Shown: piece by piece, positions 7,021 through 16,526 of the stretch
How positions within the stretch are numbered: the stretch's first letter is position 1
How the letters are laid out: each line of letters starts with the position of its first letter
Source: a virus
Length of the DNA stretch: 33,827 nt
Reading direction: 5' to 3' (one strand)
Virus record (IMG/VR): IMGVR_UViG_3300031853_000169
Translations under genes and position numbers: made by a program
Notes under the pieces: model-generated
Told to the model about the DNA's origin: nothing
Database searches by the model: none
The model's input: only the letters and a program-made list of their open reading frames with translations

Positions 7021-8127
7021 ATGGCACATGAAGCACAGGAAAGATATTCCGACCTTGTACTTGAAAAGCTCCGCAGTGAGCTTGTACTTGCAGACGGATT
7101 CGTTTTCAACAACGACTATGAAGGCAGCCCGAAAGCCGGAGCTGTAAAGATCCCGAAGCGTGATACAGAAGTACAGGTTTCCGACTACGACAAGGCTAAT
7201 GGAGCAACAGCAACAACAGGCTCTACAGAGTACATTACACTCACAATAACAAAGGACAAGGCAGTCAATGAGATAATTGACGGCTATGATGCAGAAGCCG
7301 TTCCTGATGATCTTGTGGCTGACAGACTCGATTCCGCAGGCTACAGCCTCGCACGCAGAATAGACACAGACGGCGGTTCCAAGCTCCTCTCTGAGGGTAC
7401 TGTTGTGAATATCGACTCTCTCTCAAAGTCGAACATCTATGATGCTATCGTTGATATCCGCAAGGACATGACAAAAGCCAATGTCCCGAACGACGGCAGA
7501 CGCTATCTCCTTGTAACTCCGGACGTATTCTCTCTTATTCTCAAATCTCCGGAATTTATCTCTGCATCTGATCTCGGAGATTCCGTCAAGCAGTCCGGAA
7601 TTCTCGGTAAAATCGCCGGTTTCCTTGTCAAGGAATGGAACGACGATACAGCAAATCTCGCCATGATCGCCGGACACCCTCGCTTTGCTACAAGAGTAAA
7701 AGAGTGGGACGTTCCGGTTCATATTCAGGACTTAAATGGTTCTGGTACGTATATCGGAGCTTGTGCTGTTCAGGGGCGTTTCGTATATGATCACAAAGTT
7801 CTCCGCAGTACAGCAGTACGCTGCGTATATGCTCCCGGAAGCCTCACAGCTTCTCTCGCAGCAGCCACAGGCGAAGGTGCTTCAGGCAAGACTGTTGTTA
7901 CCGTCACAGCCGGAAATACAGGCACTACATATGCTTACAAGGTAAATCCCTCCGAGAGAGCGACTTTCGATATGACTTCTTCTGCATACGGCGGAACTTC
8001 TCTCACCTCCGGAACGACAGCTATCGCTGTTTCTGCCGGTGATATCATCGAGGTCGTGAACCTCAGCTCATCGAAGGTCAAGGCTGTCACATATCTCACC
8101 GTTACAGCCTCAGATATAGCTGAATAA
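7021..8127 (+). CDS. Major capsid protein with a C-terminal Ig-like extension
   Basis: 368 aa, immediately after the protease/scaffold gene. The N-terminal ~270 aa resemble capsid proteins of Firmicutes siphophages. The last ~95 aa are T/S/G/V-rich beta-strand-like sequence. Confidence 0.8.
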   Translation: MAHEAQERYSDLVLEKLRSELVLADGFVFNNDYEGSPKAGAVKIPKRDTEVQVSDYDKANGATATTGSTEYITLTITKDKAVNEIIDGYDAEAVPDDLVADRLDSAGYSLARRIDTDGGSKLLSEGTVVNIDSLSKSNIYDAIVDIRKDMTKANVPNDGRRYLLVTPDVFSLILKSPEFISASDLGDSVKQSGILGKIAGFLVKEWNDDTANLAMIAGHPRFATRVKEWDVPVHIQDLNGSGTYIGACAVQGRFVYDHKVLRSTAVRCVYAPGSLTASLAAATGEGASGKTVVTVTAGNTGTTYAYKVNPSERATFDMTSSAYGGTSLTSGTTAIAVSAGDIIEVVNLSSSKVKAVTYLTVTASDIAE

Positions 8128-8531
8128 TGGGTGCAGTATATGCGACTGTCAGCGATATCACAGCTATCGGCGTAACACTTACGCCTCAGCAGTCAGATTC
8201 GGCGGAAGTCCTGCTCTCTCAGGCTTCCGCACGTCTGAGGACTGTTGCTAAGAAGTTCGGGACAAGCATTGACGACCGTATCTCTGCTGACGAGGATTAC
8301 GGCGAGTCAGTCAAAAGCATCGTTGTTCAGGCTGTTGTCAGGGCAATAAATTCCATATCAAACAACAGTCCTGTACTCTCTCAGGGTTCTGAAACAAACG
8401 GCCAGTACAGCGTATCAATGACGTTTCTGAATGCAGGACAGTCTCTTTACTTCCTGAAAAGCGAACTCAAAGAGCTTGGTATCATGCGTCAGACCTACGG
8501 AGCGATAGAGCTTTACAATACAGGAGAGTGA
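8127..8531 (+). CDS. Head-tail connector (gp6/SPP1 gp15-like)
   Basis: 134 aa. ATG overlaps the capsid stop (TAATG). Position and N-terminal sequence (TVSDITAIGVTLTPQQSDSAEVLL) are typical of DNA-packaging connector proteins. Confidence 0.6.
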   Translation: MGAVYATVSDITAIGVTLTPQQSDSAEVLLSQASARLRTVAKKFGTSIDDRISADEDYGESVKSIVVQAVVRAINSISNNSPVLSQGSETNGQYSVSMTFLNAGQSLYFLKSELKELGIMRQTYGAIELYNTGE

Positions 8532-8535
8532 TAGT

Positions 8536-8859
8536 ATGTTTACAAACTGTCCATGCCTGACTATCTATGAAAAAACTGTTGTGAATCGTGCGCCTGCATA
8601 CGTCCGGCATATCACGGCAGATGTATACTGGCAGCCGTTTATAGGACAGACAGACGGCAAAGAACGCACTCCTGATGCGAAGATTTTTGTAAATATTCCG
8701 GCGGCATCAACGGATTATCTCCCGAAGCGTGACGACAGAGTTGTGAAAGGAGAATGCGTTGATACTGCTCCGCCGAATGATGCTTATGCAGTAATGAGCG
8801 TCCGTGACCTGCGTTACGGCTCACCCAAAGTACAGCACATAGAACTTGACTTAGGTTAG
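8536..8859 (+). CDS. Head closure / neck protein
   Basis: 107 aa. The call rests on synteny between the connector and the tail genes. Confidence 0.5.
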   Translation: MFTNCPCLTIYEKTVVNRAPAYVRHITADVYWQPFIGQTDGKERTPDAKIFVNIPAASTDYLPKRDDRVVKGECVDTAPPNDAYAVMSVRDLRYGSPKVQHIELDLG

Positions 8860-9200
8860 TGATATTTATGATTAGATTTTCAGGACTTGATATGGCTCGT
8901 GATTTCGCTGAAAATGTAAAGGAATTTTTCAAGACAGCGCAAAGCTATGTTGATACTCAAACCATTAAGTATCTTGAAAATTATACTCCGATAGCTCAGA
9001 GCCGCTTTCGGAATGCCGGAAAAATGAGTAAGTCGCATAAGACTTCCTCACCCGGCATTATTATCAATACAGAACCGAAAGCACGACATGAATACTACAC
9101 AAACAAAGGCTTTTCCGGTGCAAATCGTGGCAAACTGTGGCTCGAACGCATGAAAGCAGACCATAAGGAGGATATCCTGAAAGGACTGCTGAAAAAATAA
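8859..9200 (+). CDS. Neck / tail-joining protein (minor-capsid-2 or HK97 gp10-like position)
   Basis: 113 aa. GTG 8859 overlaps the upstream stop; ATG 8868 is an alternative start. Synteny-based call. Confidence 0.45.
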   Translation: MIFMIRFSGLDMARDFAENVKEFFKTAQSYVDTQTIKYLENYTPIAQSRFRNAGKMSKSHKTSSPGIIINTEPKARHEYYTNKGFSGANRGKLWLERMKADHKEDILKGLLKK

Positions 9201-9215
9201 TAAAGGGGGACTTGA

Positions 9216-9632
9216 ATGAGCATCATCGAAAGCATAAGGGATTATATCATGACATTTCCGGAGCTGAAAGACGGATGTCTGCTTCTTGTTGATACGCTCG
9301 GGGCGGAATCAGTTGAGTATGCTGTGGAAGCTGTACCGGCTGATCCGGTCTATAAGGTCTACACGGACGGCGAAAAGGTCAAACAGTTCCTTTTTGTTTT
9401 CGCAAGCCGTGAGTTCCTGAATGCAGATATCAATACAGGCATTGAGAATCTGCATTTCTATGAAAAATTCGAGGATTGGATAGAAGAAAACGATCACAGC
9501 GGAATCTATCCTGAGCTTGACGGAAAAGAACCGGTATCACTTGAAGTCCTGACGAAAGGCTATGTCATATCGTCGGAGGACGGAACAGCTAAGTATCAGA
9601 TACAGTTAAGACTTATTTATGAGGAGGATTAA
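9216..9632 (+). CDS. Tail terminator / tail completion protein
   Basis: 138 aa with a GGGGGA ribosome-binding site, immediately upstream of the major tail protein gene. Confidence 0.5.
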   Translation: MSIIESIRDYIMTFPELKDGCLLLVDTLGAESVEYAVEAVPADPVYKVYTDGEKVKQFLFVFASREFLNADINTGIENLHFYEKFEDWIEENDHSGIYPELDGKEPVSLEVLTKGYVISSEDGTAKYQIQLRLIYEED

Positions 9633-9635
9633 TTT

Positions 9636-10142
9636 ATGCCAGAAACTATCGTACAGAGACATAAAATAGTAGCATTTTATGGTGTGACTACTGAAACAAC
9701 ATCAGGCGGAACTACCACCACAACTACTACTTTCTACAGAATGAAGAAATTCACTCAGACATCGAAGGCACAGAACCCTATAGAGTACAGCCGTCAGTAT
9801 GTTGATGAACCTTTTCAGCAGACAGATGTTGTGGGATATAATCCGTCGATTTCCTATGCTTTTGACAAGCACAGGAACAACCCTGTACTTGAAGATATCG
9901 TTGACATTACCAACAACGAAAAGCTTGGTGACGATGCAGTGAGAACTATCATCATCGTTGATACAGACAACGGTGAAGCTTACAAGCGTGATTATGCTGT
10001 TATCCCTAACTCAGAGGGCGACAATATCAATGTCTACACCTACAGCGGCACTTTCAAATGCAAGGGTGAGCTGATAAAGGGTACTGCCGCAACAACAGAC
10101 GACTATCAGACTATCACTTTCACCGAAACAGCAGCCGGTTAG
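9636..10142 (+). CDS. Major tail protein
   Basis: 168 aa with a GAGGAGG ribosome-binding site, positioned before the chaperone/tape-measure block. It is followed by a short GGGACT-gaaagc-AGTCCC hairpin at about 10147-10164. Confidence 0.7.
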   Translation: MPETIVQRHKIVAFYGVTTETTSGGTTTTTTTFYRMKKFTQTSKAQNPIEYSRQYVDEPFQQTDVVGYNPSISYAFDKHRNNPVLEDIVDITNNEKLGDDAVRTIIIVDTDNGEAYKRDYAVIPNSEGDNINVYTYSGTFKCKGELIKGTAATTDDYQTITFTETAAG

Positions 10143-10204
10143 GTAGCCGGGACTGAAAGCAGTCCCGAAGAACCAGAAGAACCAGCGGAACAGGAGGATA
10201 ATTC

Positions 10205-10558
10205 ATGAAATGGGATATAAGCGGCTTATCAATCAGTTTTGATATAACCGATGCAGTCAACGCTGAAAGATATGAGAAAGCTTACAAGAATCTGTCTGAT
10301 GCTAAGAACTCAATATCAAACTCCGGAATAATCTCTGACTATATTCGTTCATTCTGCGACATAATCAAGAGTTTCTTTTCGGACCTTTTTGATTCCGAAA
10401 CAGCCGATCTGATTTTTTATGATACTCCGGTAAGCATAAACGCATATGCAGAAGTTTATGCAGGATTCATAAGCTTTATAGAAAAACAGTTCGCCGAAAC
10501 AAGAAAACGTGCTGAAACGCTTCATAAGTATATCCCGAATGCTGAATCCTCTGTATGA
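10205..10558 (+). CDS. Tail assembly chaperone-position protein
   Basis: 117 aa, acidic, AGGAGG ribosome-binding site, located between the major tail protein and Gp15/tape measure genes. Confidence 0.5.
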   Translation: MKWDISGLSISFDITDAVNAERYEKAYKNLSDAKNSISNSGIISDYIRSFCDIIKSFFSDLFDSETADLIFYDTPVSINAYAEVYAGFISFIEKQFAETRKRAETLHKYIPNAESSV

Positions 10559-11120
10559 AAAATTCCCTGATTTTGTGAGAATAAACGGCAGAAAATACCG
10601 CATTATCACAGATTTCAGGGAATGGATAAGATTCGCAGATATGTTCTGCGACAGACAGCTTGCACCGGAGGAAAAACTCACACTTCTTGCGGCATGGTTC
10701 ATAGAAAAGCCGGAAATCCTGACTGATGAAACCATAGAGAAGCTTGTTGACTTCTACAAAGCCGGACTTCTTGAACCTGATACTCCCGAAGATGATGATT
10801 CCGGAGAAACACCGGAAGCGAATTCTCCTCCGGTGTTTGACTGGAAAATTGATGCTCGTTTTATCATCGGAGATTTCCTTCATTATTACGGAATCGACCT
10901 GCTTAATGCAAAGATGCACTGGTGGCATTTTCGCAGTCTGCTGACAGCTCTCCCCGAAGATTCGCAGTGCAAAAAACGCATGGCTTACCGTTCCGTAAAC
11001 CTTGGCGAGATCAAGGACTCAAAGGAACGGGCAAGGATTCTGCGTATACAGCGAAGTATTGCTATCCCGTTTGAGCTTGATGATGAAGATATAGGCGCAG
11101 TTTTCGGAAATTTTAAATAA
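10539..11120 (+). CDS. Bacteriophage Gp15-family protein (second tail-assembly protein)
   Basis: The N-terminus MLNPLYEKFPDFVRINGRKYRIITDFREWIRF matches my memory of Pfam Phage_Gp15. GTG 10509 is an alternative start. It overlaps the upstream ORF in the +1 frame. Confidence 0.6.
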   Translation: MLNPLYEKFPDFVRINGRKYRIITDFREWIRFADMFCDRQLAPEEKLTLLAAWFIEKPEILTDETIEKLVDFYKAGLLEPDTPEDDDSGETPEANSPPVFDWKIDARFIIGDFLHYYGIDLLNAKMHWWHFRSLLTALPEDSQCKKRMAYRSVNLGEIKDSKERARILRIQRSIAIPFELDDEDIGAVFGNFK

Positions 11121-11131
11121 GGAGGCTTGCT

Positions 11132-13552
11132 ATGGCTTTTGACGGCACGTTAAAATTCGATACAAAAATTGACGATTCCGGATTCAGCAAAGGTCTTGAA
11201 GCTATCGGGAATTTAGCCAAAAAGGGTATGGCTCTTGTAGCTGGTGCGACAGTTGCCGCTTCCGGAGCTATGGTTGCTCTCGGAAAATCTGCACTTGATG
11301 CCTATGCCGACTATGAACAGCTTACAGGCGGTGTCGAGACACTTTTCAAGACTTCTGCTGATGTTGTGAACGCTTATGCCGCTAACGCTTACAAGACTTC
11401 CGGACTGTCCGCAAATGAGTATATGGAGACGGTCACAAGCTTCTCGGCGGCACTTATCTCCTCGCTGGACGGAGATACTGCGAAAGCCGCTGAAATAGCT
11501 GACAAAGCAATAACCGATATGTCGGACAATGCCAACAAAATGGGTTCTTCTATGGAGTCCATTCAGACTGCATATCAGGGTTTTGCAAAGCAGAATTACA
11601 CCATGCTTGATAATCTGAAGCTCGGCTATGGCGGCACTAAATCCGAAATGGAAAGGCTTCTTGCTGATGCCGAAAAAATCAGCGGAATACATTATGATCT
11701 TGAAAGCTATGCAGACATCGTTGATGCTATCCATGTGATACAGACTGAAATGGATATTACCGGAACGACAGCAAAGGAAGCGGCTTCAACTATATCCGGA
11801 TCTGTGGGGATGACTCAGGCAGCATGGAAAAATCTTGTTGTCGGCATAGCTGACGATAATCAGGATTTTGACAAGCTGATGCAGGACTTTGTTGAATCTG
11901 CGACAGCAGCGGCTACAAACATTCTTCCGAGAGTTGAGATAATAATCGGTGGTCTTGGAAAACTTGTCAGCGGTATGGGTGATGTCCTTTCACAAGCTTT
12001 GCTTAGTATCACTGATATACTTCCGGAGCTTGTTTCTGCCGGTATTTCACTTGTGCAGACAATAGCCTCAGCAATATCCCAGAACTCTGACAAAATAGTT
12101 TCAGCAGCAATGGAAATAGGCATGACGCTGATAAAAGGTATGTCGGATATACTGCCTGTGATACATGATACCGGTTTGAATATCCTTGCATCACTCATTA
12201 AGGGGATAACGGCAAATATCGGTATGATCGCACAGCAGGCAGCTTCAACAGTAAAACAGTTCGCACAGATCATCATAACCAATGCTCCGGTACTGCTCGA
12301 AGCTGCCGCTGAACTTATAGCAGAGGTCATACAGGCTGTCACAGATGATCTCCCGGAATTTATTGAAACGGCGATAGAGGTCATATCGTCGATAGCACAA
12401 GCTCTGATCGATAATGCACCGATCATTATCGATGCGATCATTGAAGCTCTGCCGATGATCCTTGACGCTTTGCTTGATAATCTGCCGCTGATGATACAGA
12501 CGATAATGACTATCGGTGTGCAGCTTATCCAGTATATCCCGAAAATATTCGACCAGCTCATTATGATGCTTCCTGATCTGATAGGACAGATCATAGCTGC
12601 GGTCATAGACAATGCTCCGCTCATGCTGGAGGCTTTTACTGCACTGTTTTCGGAAGCACTCATCGCTCTCGGAGAAATGTGGAACAGCCTTTCTGCGGCA
12701 CTTGATGAGGCTATCGCAAAGATAGCAGAGTATTTCAGTATAGGATTCAGTGACATAAAAAAATTCTTCTCCGACATTTACAGCGAAATAAAAGAGGAGA
12801 TCTCAAAAACATGGTCTGCGGTCAAAAAATGGGGAGCAGACATGGTGAACAGTGCCGTGAAAACTGCACAGGATTTTCTTGATAATATCGTAAATTCCTT
12901 CGTGAAGATCCCGAACAAAGTCAAGGGATCGCTTTCGGACGCTTTTGATAAAGTTACCGACTGGGGCAGTAATATCATCAGCAAGATCACTGATATCGGC
13001 AAAAATCTTGTCAAGGGCATATGGGACGGTATCCAGAATATGAAGCAGTGGATAAAGGAGAGGATCCTCTCTTTCGGTGACGTTATCCTCGATTCATTCA
13101 AAAGCGTTTTCGGTATTCATTCACCGTCAGCCGTGATGCGTGACAGTGTAGGAAAATACCTCGCTCAGGGTATCGGAGTAGGATTTTCGGAGGAGATTCC
13201 GGAAGTCGGAAAGAACGCTCTGAAAGCCTTTGAAAGCCTGAAATTCTCCTCTCCGGAGATAGGATTCAAGGCAGTTCCGGAAATTGACAGCTCTGCATTT
13301 TCAGCATTGAGCAAGCAGAATCTAAGCATAGACAGCTCACTTGTACAGCCTGATATTTCCTCTGTGATAAACAATTACACGTATAACAGCAGTGCAGAAG
13401 CTCCTCAAAATCCGCAGGAAGTAGTCATAAATGCACATTTTTCTGTGGGTGAGGAAGTCGTTGCTCAGGGTGTAGGCAGAATACTCCTGAACGAAGCCGA
13501 TAAACAGCAGGGCATTGATATCCAGCTAAAGAAAAGAGGTCTGACAACATGA
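11132..13552 (+). CDS. Tape measure protein
   Basis: 806 aa with an AAGGAGG ribosome-binding site. It has a TP901-type core (AYQGFAKQNYTMLDNLKLGYGGTKSEMERLL) and a long A/I/L-rich helical repeat region. Confidence 0.9.
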   Translation: MAFDGTLKFDTKIDDSGFSKGLEAIGNLAKKGMALVAGATVAASGAMVALGKSALDAYADYEQLTGGVETLFKTSADVVNAYAANAYKTSGLSANEYMETVTSFSAALISSLDGDTAKAAEIADKAITDMSDNANKMGSSMESIQTAYQGFAKQNYTMLDNLKLGYGGTKSEMERLLADAEKISGIHYDLESYADIVDAIHVIQTEMDITGTTAKEAASTISGSVGMTQAAWKNLVVGIADDNQDFDKLMQDFVESATAAATNILPRVEIIIGGLGKLVSGMGDVLSQALLSITDILPELVSAGISLVQTIASAISQNSDKIVSAAMEIGMTLIKGMSDILPVIHDTGLNILASLIKGITANIGMIAQQAASTVKQFAQIIITNAPVLLEAAAELIAEVIQAVTDDLPEFIETAIEVISSIAQALIDNAPIIIDAIIEALPMILDALLDNLPLMIQTIMTIGVQLIQYIPKIFDQLIMMLPDLIGQIIAAVIDNAPLMLEAFTALFSEALIALGEMWNSLSAALDEAIAKIAEYFSIGFSDIKKFFSDIYSEIKEEISKTWSAVKKWGADMVNSAVKTAQDFLDNIVNSFVKIPNKVKGSLSDAFDKVTDWGSNIISKITDIGKNLVKGIWDGIQNMKQWIKERILSFGDVILDSFKSVFGIHSPSAVMRDSVGKYLAQGIGVGFSEEIPEVGKNALKAFESLKFSSPEIGFKAVPEIDSSAFSALSKQNLSIDSSLVQPDISSVINNYTYNSSAEAPQNPQEVVINAHFSVGEEVVAQGVGRILLNEADKQQGIDIQLKKRGLTT

Positions 13553-14265
13553 AAGCAGGGATTTCAGTAAACGGAAAGCACTCTTATCATTCCTTCGGAC
13601 TGCGAATGCTCAAACGCTCTGTAGGCTCTCCGCCGAAAGACGACCACACAGCAAGAGTGCCGTTCTCAAACATAACGTATGACTTTGACAGCGTTCTCGG
13701 ACGAAGCTACGGTGAAAGAACACTCTCTTACAAGCTGGAGCTTATCTGCTTCAATGTCCGTCATGCCCGTGACAGAATAATTGACATAATCAACTGGCTT
13801 CACTGGAACGACCGCCTTGACCTGACTGACGATATGTTTCCCGGCTATTATTTTGAAGTCCGTGAGCCGTCTGTTGAGTACAGTGAGTCTCACGGAGTAT
13901 ATACTTTCAGCATCGTATTCAAGGCATCACCGGAGATGAAAACGCTGCCGGAAGTACGAAAGTACAACGCATCTACGGTCACAGTTCCGGACATAAACGG
14001 CGACGGAACAGTCGATTCATCTGACGCATCTATCATTCAGGAGGCATATGCCAAGATCATCGCCGGGGAAGATACCGGACTTACTCCGAAGCAGTTGAAA
14101 GCCTGTGATGCAAATATGGACGGCAGCATTGATTCCGCTGATGCTTCTTTGGTCATGACATTTTATGCAGATGCGACTTCCGGAAAATATGCCGGTCTAA
14201 CCATTCAGCAGGCTTGGGCGGAATTTCTTACCGAACATTTTGAGACAGGAGATGATGTTCTGTAA
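13549..14265 (+). CDS. Distal tail protein (Dit, siphovirus tail family) with a C-terminal type-I dockerin module
   Basis: The ATGA overlap with the tape measure gene and the N-terminal ~130 aa are Dit-like. The C-terminus has two Ca-loop/helix repeats: DINGDGTVDSSDASIIQEAYA and DANMDGSIDSADASLVMTFYA. Confidence 0.75.
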   Translation: MKAGISVNGKHSYHSFGLRMLKRSVGSPPKDDHTARVPFSNITYDFDSVLGRSYGERTLSYKLELICFNVRHARDRIIDIINWLHWNDRLDLTDDMFPGYYFEVREPSVEYSESHGVYTFSIVFKASPEMKTLPEVRKYNASTVTVPDINGDGTVDSSDASIIQEAYAKIIAGEDTGLTPKQLKACDANMDGSIDSADASLVMTFYADATSGKYAGLTIQQAWAEFLTEHFETGDDVL

Positions 14266-16187
14266 TGTACGAAATAACCATTAAAAACGGCTCTGCTGCG
14301 GCTGTTCTTCACGACGGAAAGAATATCTTTGCATCAGCCGGAAATTTCACGGAAGAAGTCAACTGCATACCGTCAGCAAATATTGATATCCTGCGGAATA
14401 ATCTCTGCTGGGACTTGCTCCACGACAGGAAAACAGTTGTTGAGATAAGGAACATCATCGCTGATGAGATCGAGTTTGAAGGAACGCTCCTGCGGAGTAC
14501 CGACAAGATGACAACCTCCGGACAGGTCGTGAAATCGCTTATCTGCGAGGGATTTCTCGGATATCTGTGTGACAGTATACAGCCTTATCACCACTATGAA
14601 AACACCACCGCAGAAGCCTTTGTGGAAGCTCTCCTGAGCGTTCACAACTCCATGATGCCGGAGGAAAAGAGGATCTATCTCGGCTCTTGCGATATCGTCG
14701 GAGACACCGCCAGCAGCAAGACGACAGCCTACAGAAATACTCTTGAAGAGATCAAAGTCAATCTCCTTGACAGGATAGGCGGAGAAATCAGAATCCGGAA
14801 AGCTAACGGACGGCTTGTTCTCGACCTGCTGACGCAGTACGGAACGCAGACCAACACGACCATTGAGCTTGCGAAAAATATCCGTTCGCTCGAAGTTTCG
14901 TCCGATCCGGCGAACATCATCACACGGCTTATCCCGCTCGGCACACAGCTTGATGCTTCCGCTTCGGCGGAACGCCTGACTATAGCAGAGGTCAACGGCG
15001 GAAAGCTCTACATCGACGATGAAAACGCAATTGCAAAATACGGCATCATTGCCGGAACTGCGGTATTTGACAACATCACTATCCCGGCGAACTTAAAGAC
15101 AGCCGGTCAGGATTATCTCATAAACAATAACCGTGTCAAAAAGTCATACTCTGCAAATGTTCTTGACCTGTCCGTTCTTGATCCGTCAGAGCAGAGCATT
15201 CGTGCCGGAAATACCTACAGATTCAGGAATTCGTTCATCGGTCTTGACGAAGAGTTAAGACTGATGAAACGTAAAGTCAACATTTTCGAGCCGTATGCTC
15301 CGGAAGTCGAAATAGGCGACAAAGCCGAAAAAATGACTGATATTGCCGTCAGGACAGCTCAGCTCATAGAATACGAAATGCCAAAGCAGAAGCTTGATAT
15401 CCTTGCATCAGCAAAGGAAACAGCGACGGCTCTTATCGACGCAGGGATAAACGGCTATTGTGTTATCAATAAAAACGAGATATTAATTATGGATTCTCCC
15501 GACAAGGAAAATGCCGTCCATGTTTGGCGTTGGAACGCAGGCGGATTCGGCTACAGTTCCACCGGATATCACGGCACATACGGTACGGCAATCACTATGG
15601 ACGGTGCGATCGTGGCTGACTTCATCACCGCCGGAGTCCTGCGAGGTATGGAGATAATCAACGGAAACGGAACTTTCCATGTTGATACACAAGGAAATGT
15701 TACCGCTACAAGTATGAGCATCAACAATGGAAACGGCACATTTTGTGTTCTTCCAAATGGAACTGTTCAGGCTTCTGCTATTGAAATAACCGGCGGAAGA
15801 ATAAATATGACAACAAATTCGGCTAATTACGACGCTATAAGCCTTAGTTATCAGGATTTGAATACAGTTATGCGTTCAGGTGAATTTAAAGCTAAAAATT
15901 CCACTTCAAAGCATCAGATAGTTGTTCAGTCACAAGGACTGTGGGCTTGGAACGATTATGACGGTTCGCCAACATTTTCTGTCAGTTCGTCAACAGGCAA
16001 TGTCACAATAAGCGGAACTCTGACCGCAGAGGCAATAATTTTCAAACTGAACGGCACAAACAGCGGTCTTGAAGCTACCATAAACGGAATAAACAATTAC
16101 ATCGACGCAGAGGCTCGGATACTGAACGGCGCACTCGACAGCATCAGAGACCTTGACAGACGTGTAAGTGCATTGGAGGGGAACTAA
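14265..16187 (+). CDS. Tail-associated (Tal-like) minor structural protein / tail tip
   Basis: 640 aa with a TAATG overlap. The N-terminal region resembles the phage minor structural protein N-terminal domain (Prophage_tail type). Also present are an internal NGNGTF tandem repeat and a C-terminal coiled coil (LDSIRDLDRRVSALEGN). Confidence 0.75.
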   Translation: MYEITIKNGSAAAVLHDGKNIFASAGNFTEEVNCIPSANIDILRNNLCWDLLHDRKTVVEIRNIIADEIEFEGTLLRSTDKMTTSGQVVKSLICEGFLGYLCDSIQPYHHYENTTAEAFVEALLSVHNSMMPEEKRIYLGSCDIVGDTASSKTTAYRNTLEEIKVNLLDRIGGEIRIRKANGRLVLDLLTQYGTQTNTTIELAKNIRSLEVSSDPANIITRLIPLGTQLDASASAERLTIAEVNGGKLYIDDENAIAKYGIIAGTAVFDNITIPANLKTAGQDYLINNNRVKKSYSANVLDLSVLDPSEQSIRAGNTYRFRNSFIGLDEELRLMKRKVNIFEPYAPEVEIGDKAEKMTDIAVRTAQLIEYEMPKQKLDILASAKETATALIDAGINGYCVINKNEILIMDSPDKENAVHVWRWNAGGFGYSSTGYHGTYGTAITMDGAIVADFITAGVLRGMEIINGNGTFHVDTQGNVTATSMSINNGNGTFCVLPNGTVQASAIEITGGRINMTTNSANYDAISLSYQDLNTVMRSGEFKAKNSTSKHQIVVQSQGLWAWNDYDGSPTFSVSSSTGNVTISGTLTAEAIIFKLNGTNSGLEATINGINNYIDAEARILNGALDSIRDLDRRVSALEGN

Positions 16188-16526
16188 ATGATTACTTTTT
16201 ACGATAAGCTCCCGGATATGGAATGTCTCGCCGGTGACACGCTCCCGACTTTCACGGTCGAAGTCGAAGCTGACAGTCTTTCCGGCTGTACGATGCAGAT
16301 CATAGTTGCAAAGTCCTCAGACATAACCTCGGCTGTTATCTGCAAGGAATGCGAAGCGGTCGAGGGCGGATTTGCTGTAACTCTCACCAGCGAAGACACA
16401 CAGGAGCTTTCCGAGGGTGCGTATATGATACACTTCCGGCTGATAGGTGCGGACGGATTCAGCCGGAGAAAGCTCGCAGGCGACCTCTACATCGTGGGAG
16501 CTGCCAAAGGAGATGATGTCTCATGA
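16188..16526 (+). CDS. Small tail-tip protein, possibly an Ig-like (BppU-N/DUF2479-like) fold
   Basis: 112 aa; its ATG directly follows the Tal stop. The pattern AGDTLPTFTVEV...LTSEDTQELSEGAYMIHFRLIGADG resembles phage Ig-like baseplate domains. This is weak recall. Confidence 0.4.
   Translation: MITFYDKLPDMECLAGDTLPTFTVEVEADSLSGCTMQIIVAKSSDITSAVICKECEAVEGGFAVTLTSEDTQELSEGAYMIHFRLIGADGFSRRKLAGDLYIVGAAKGDDVS

Noticed and set aside
10480-10560. Programmed -1 frameshift joining the two tail-assembly ORFs (a gpG/GT-type arrangement).
   Set aside because: The downstream ORF is in the +1 frame relative to the upstream one, not -1. No X_XXY_YYZ slippery heptamer is in phase; GAA AAA CAG at 10481 does not fit. 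The Gp15-like protein also has its own family-typical N-terminus from ATG 10539.
11860-12777. Long - strand ORFs opposite confirmed + strand genes: 11860-12777 (305 aa), 2191-2892 (233 aa), 22346-22981 (211 aa), 26046-26888 (280 aa), 27768-28394 (208 aa) and others.
   Set aside because: They lie entirely antisense to genes with clear motifs (tape measure, portal/MuF, Sak4-like ATPase, helicase). They lack ribosome-binding sites and translate to Ser/Cys/Arg-rich low-complexity sequence typical of shadow ORFs.
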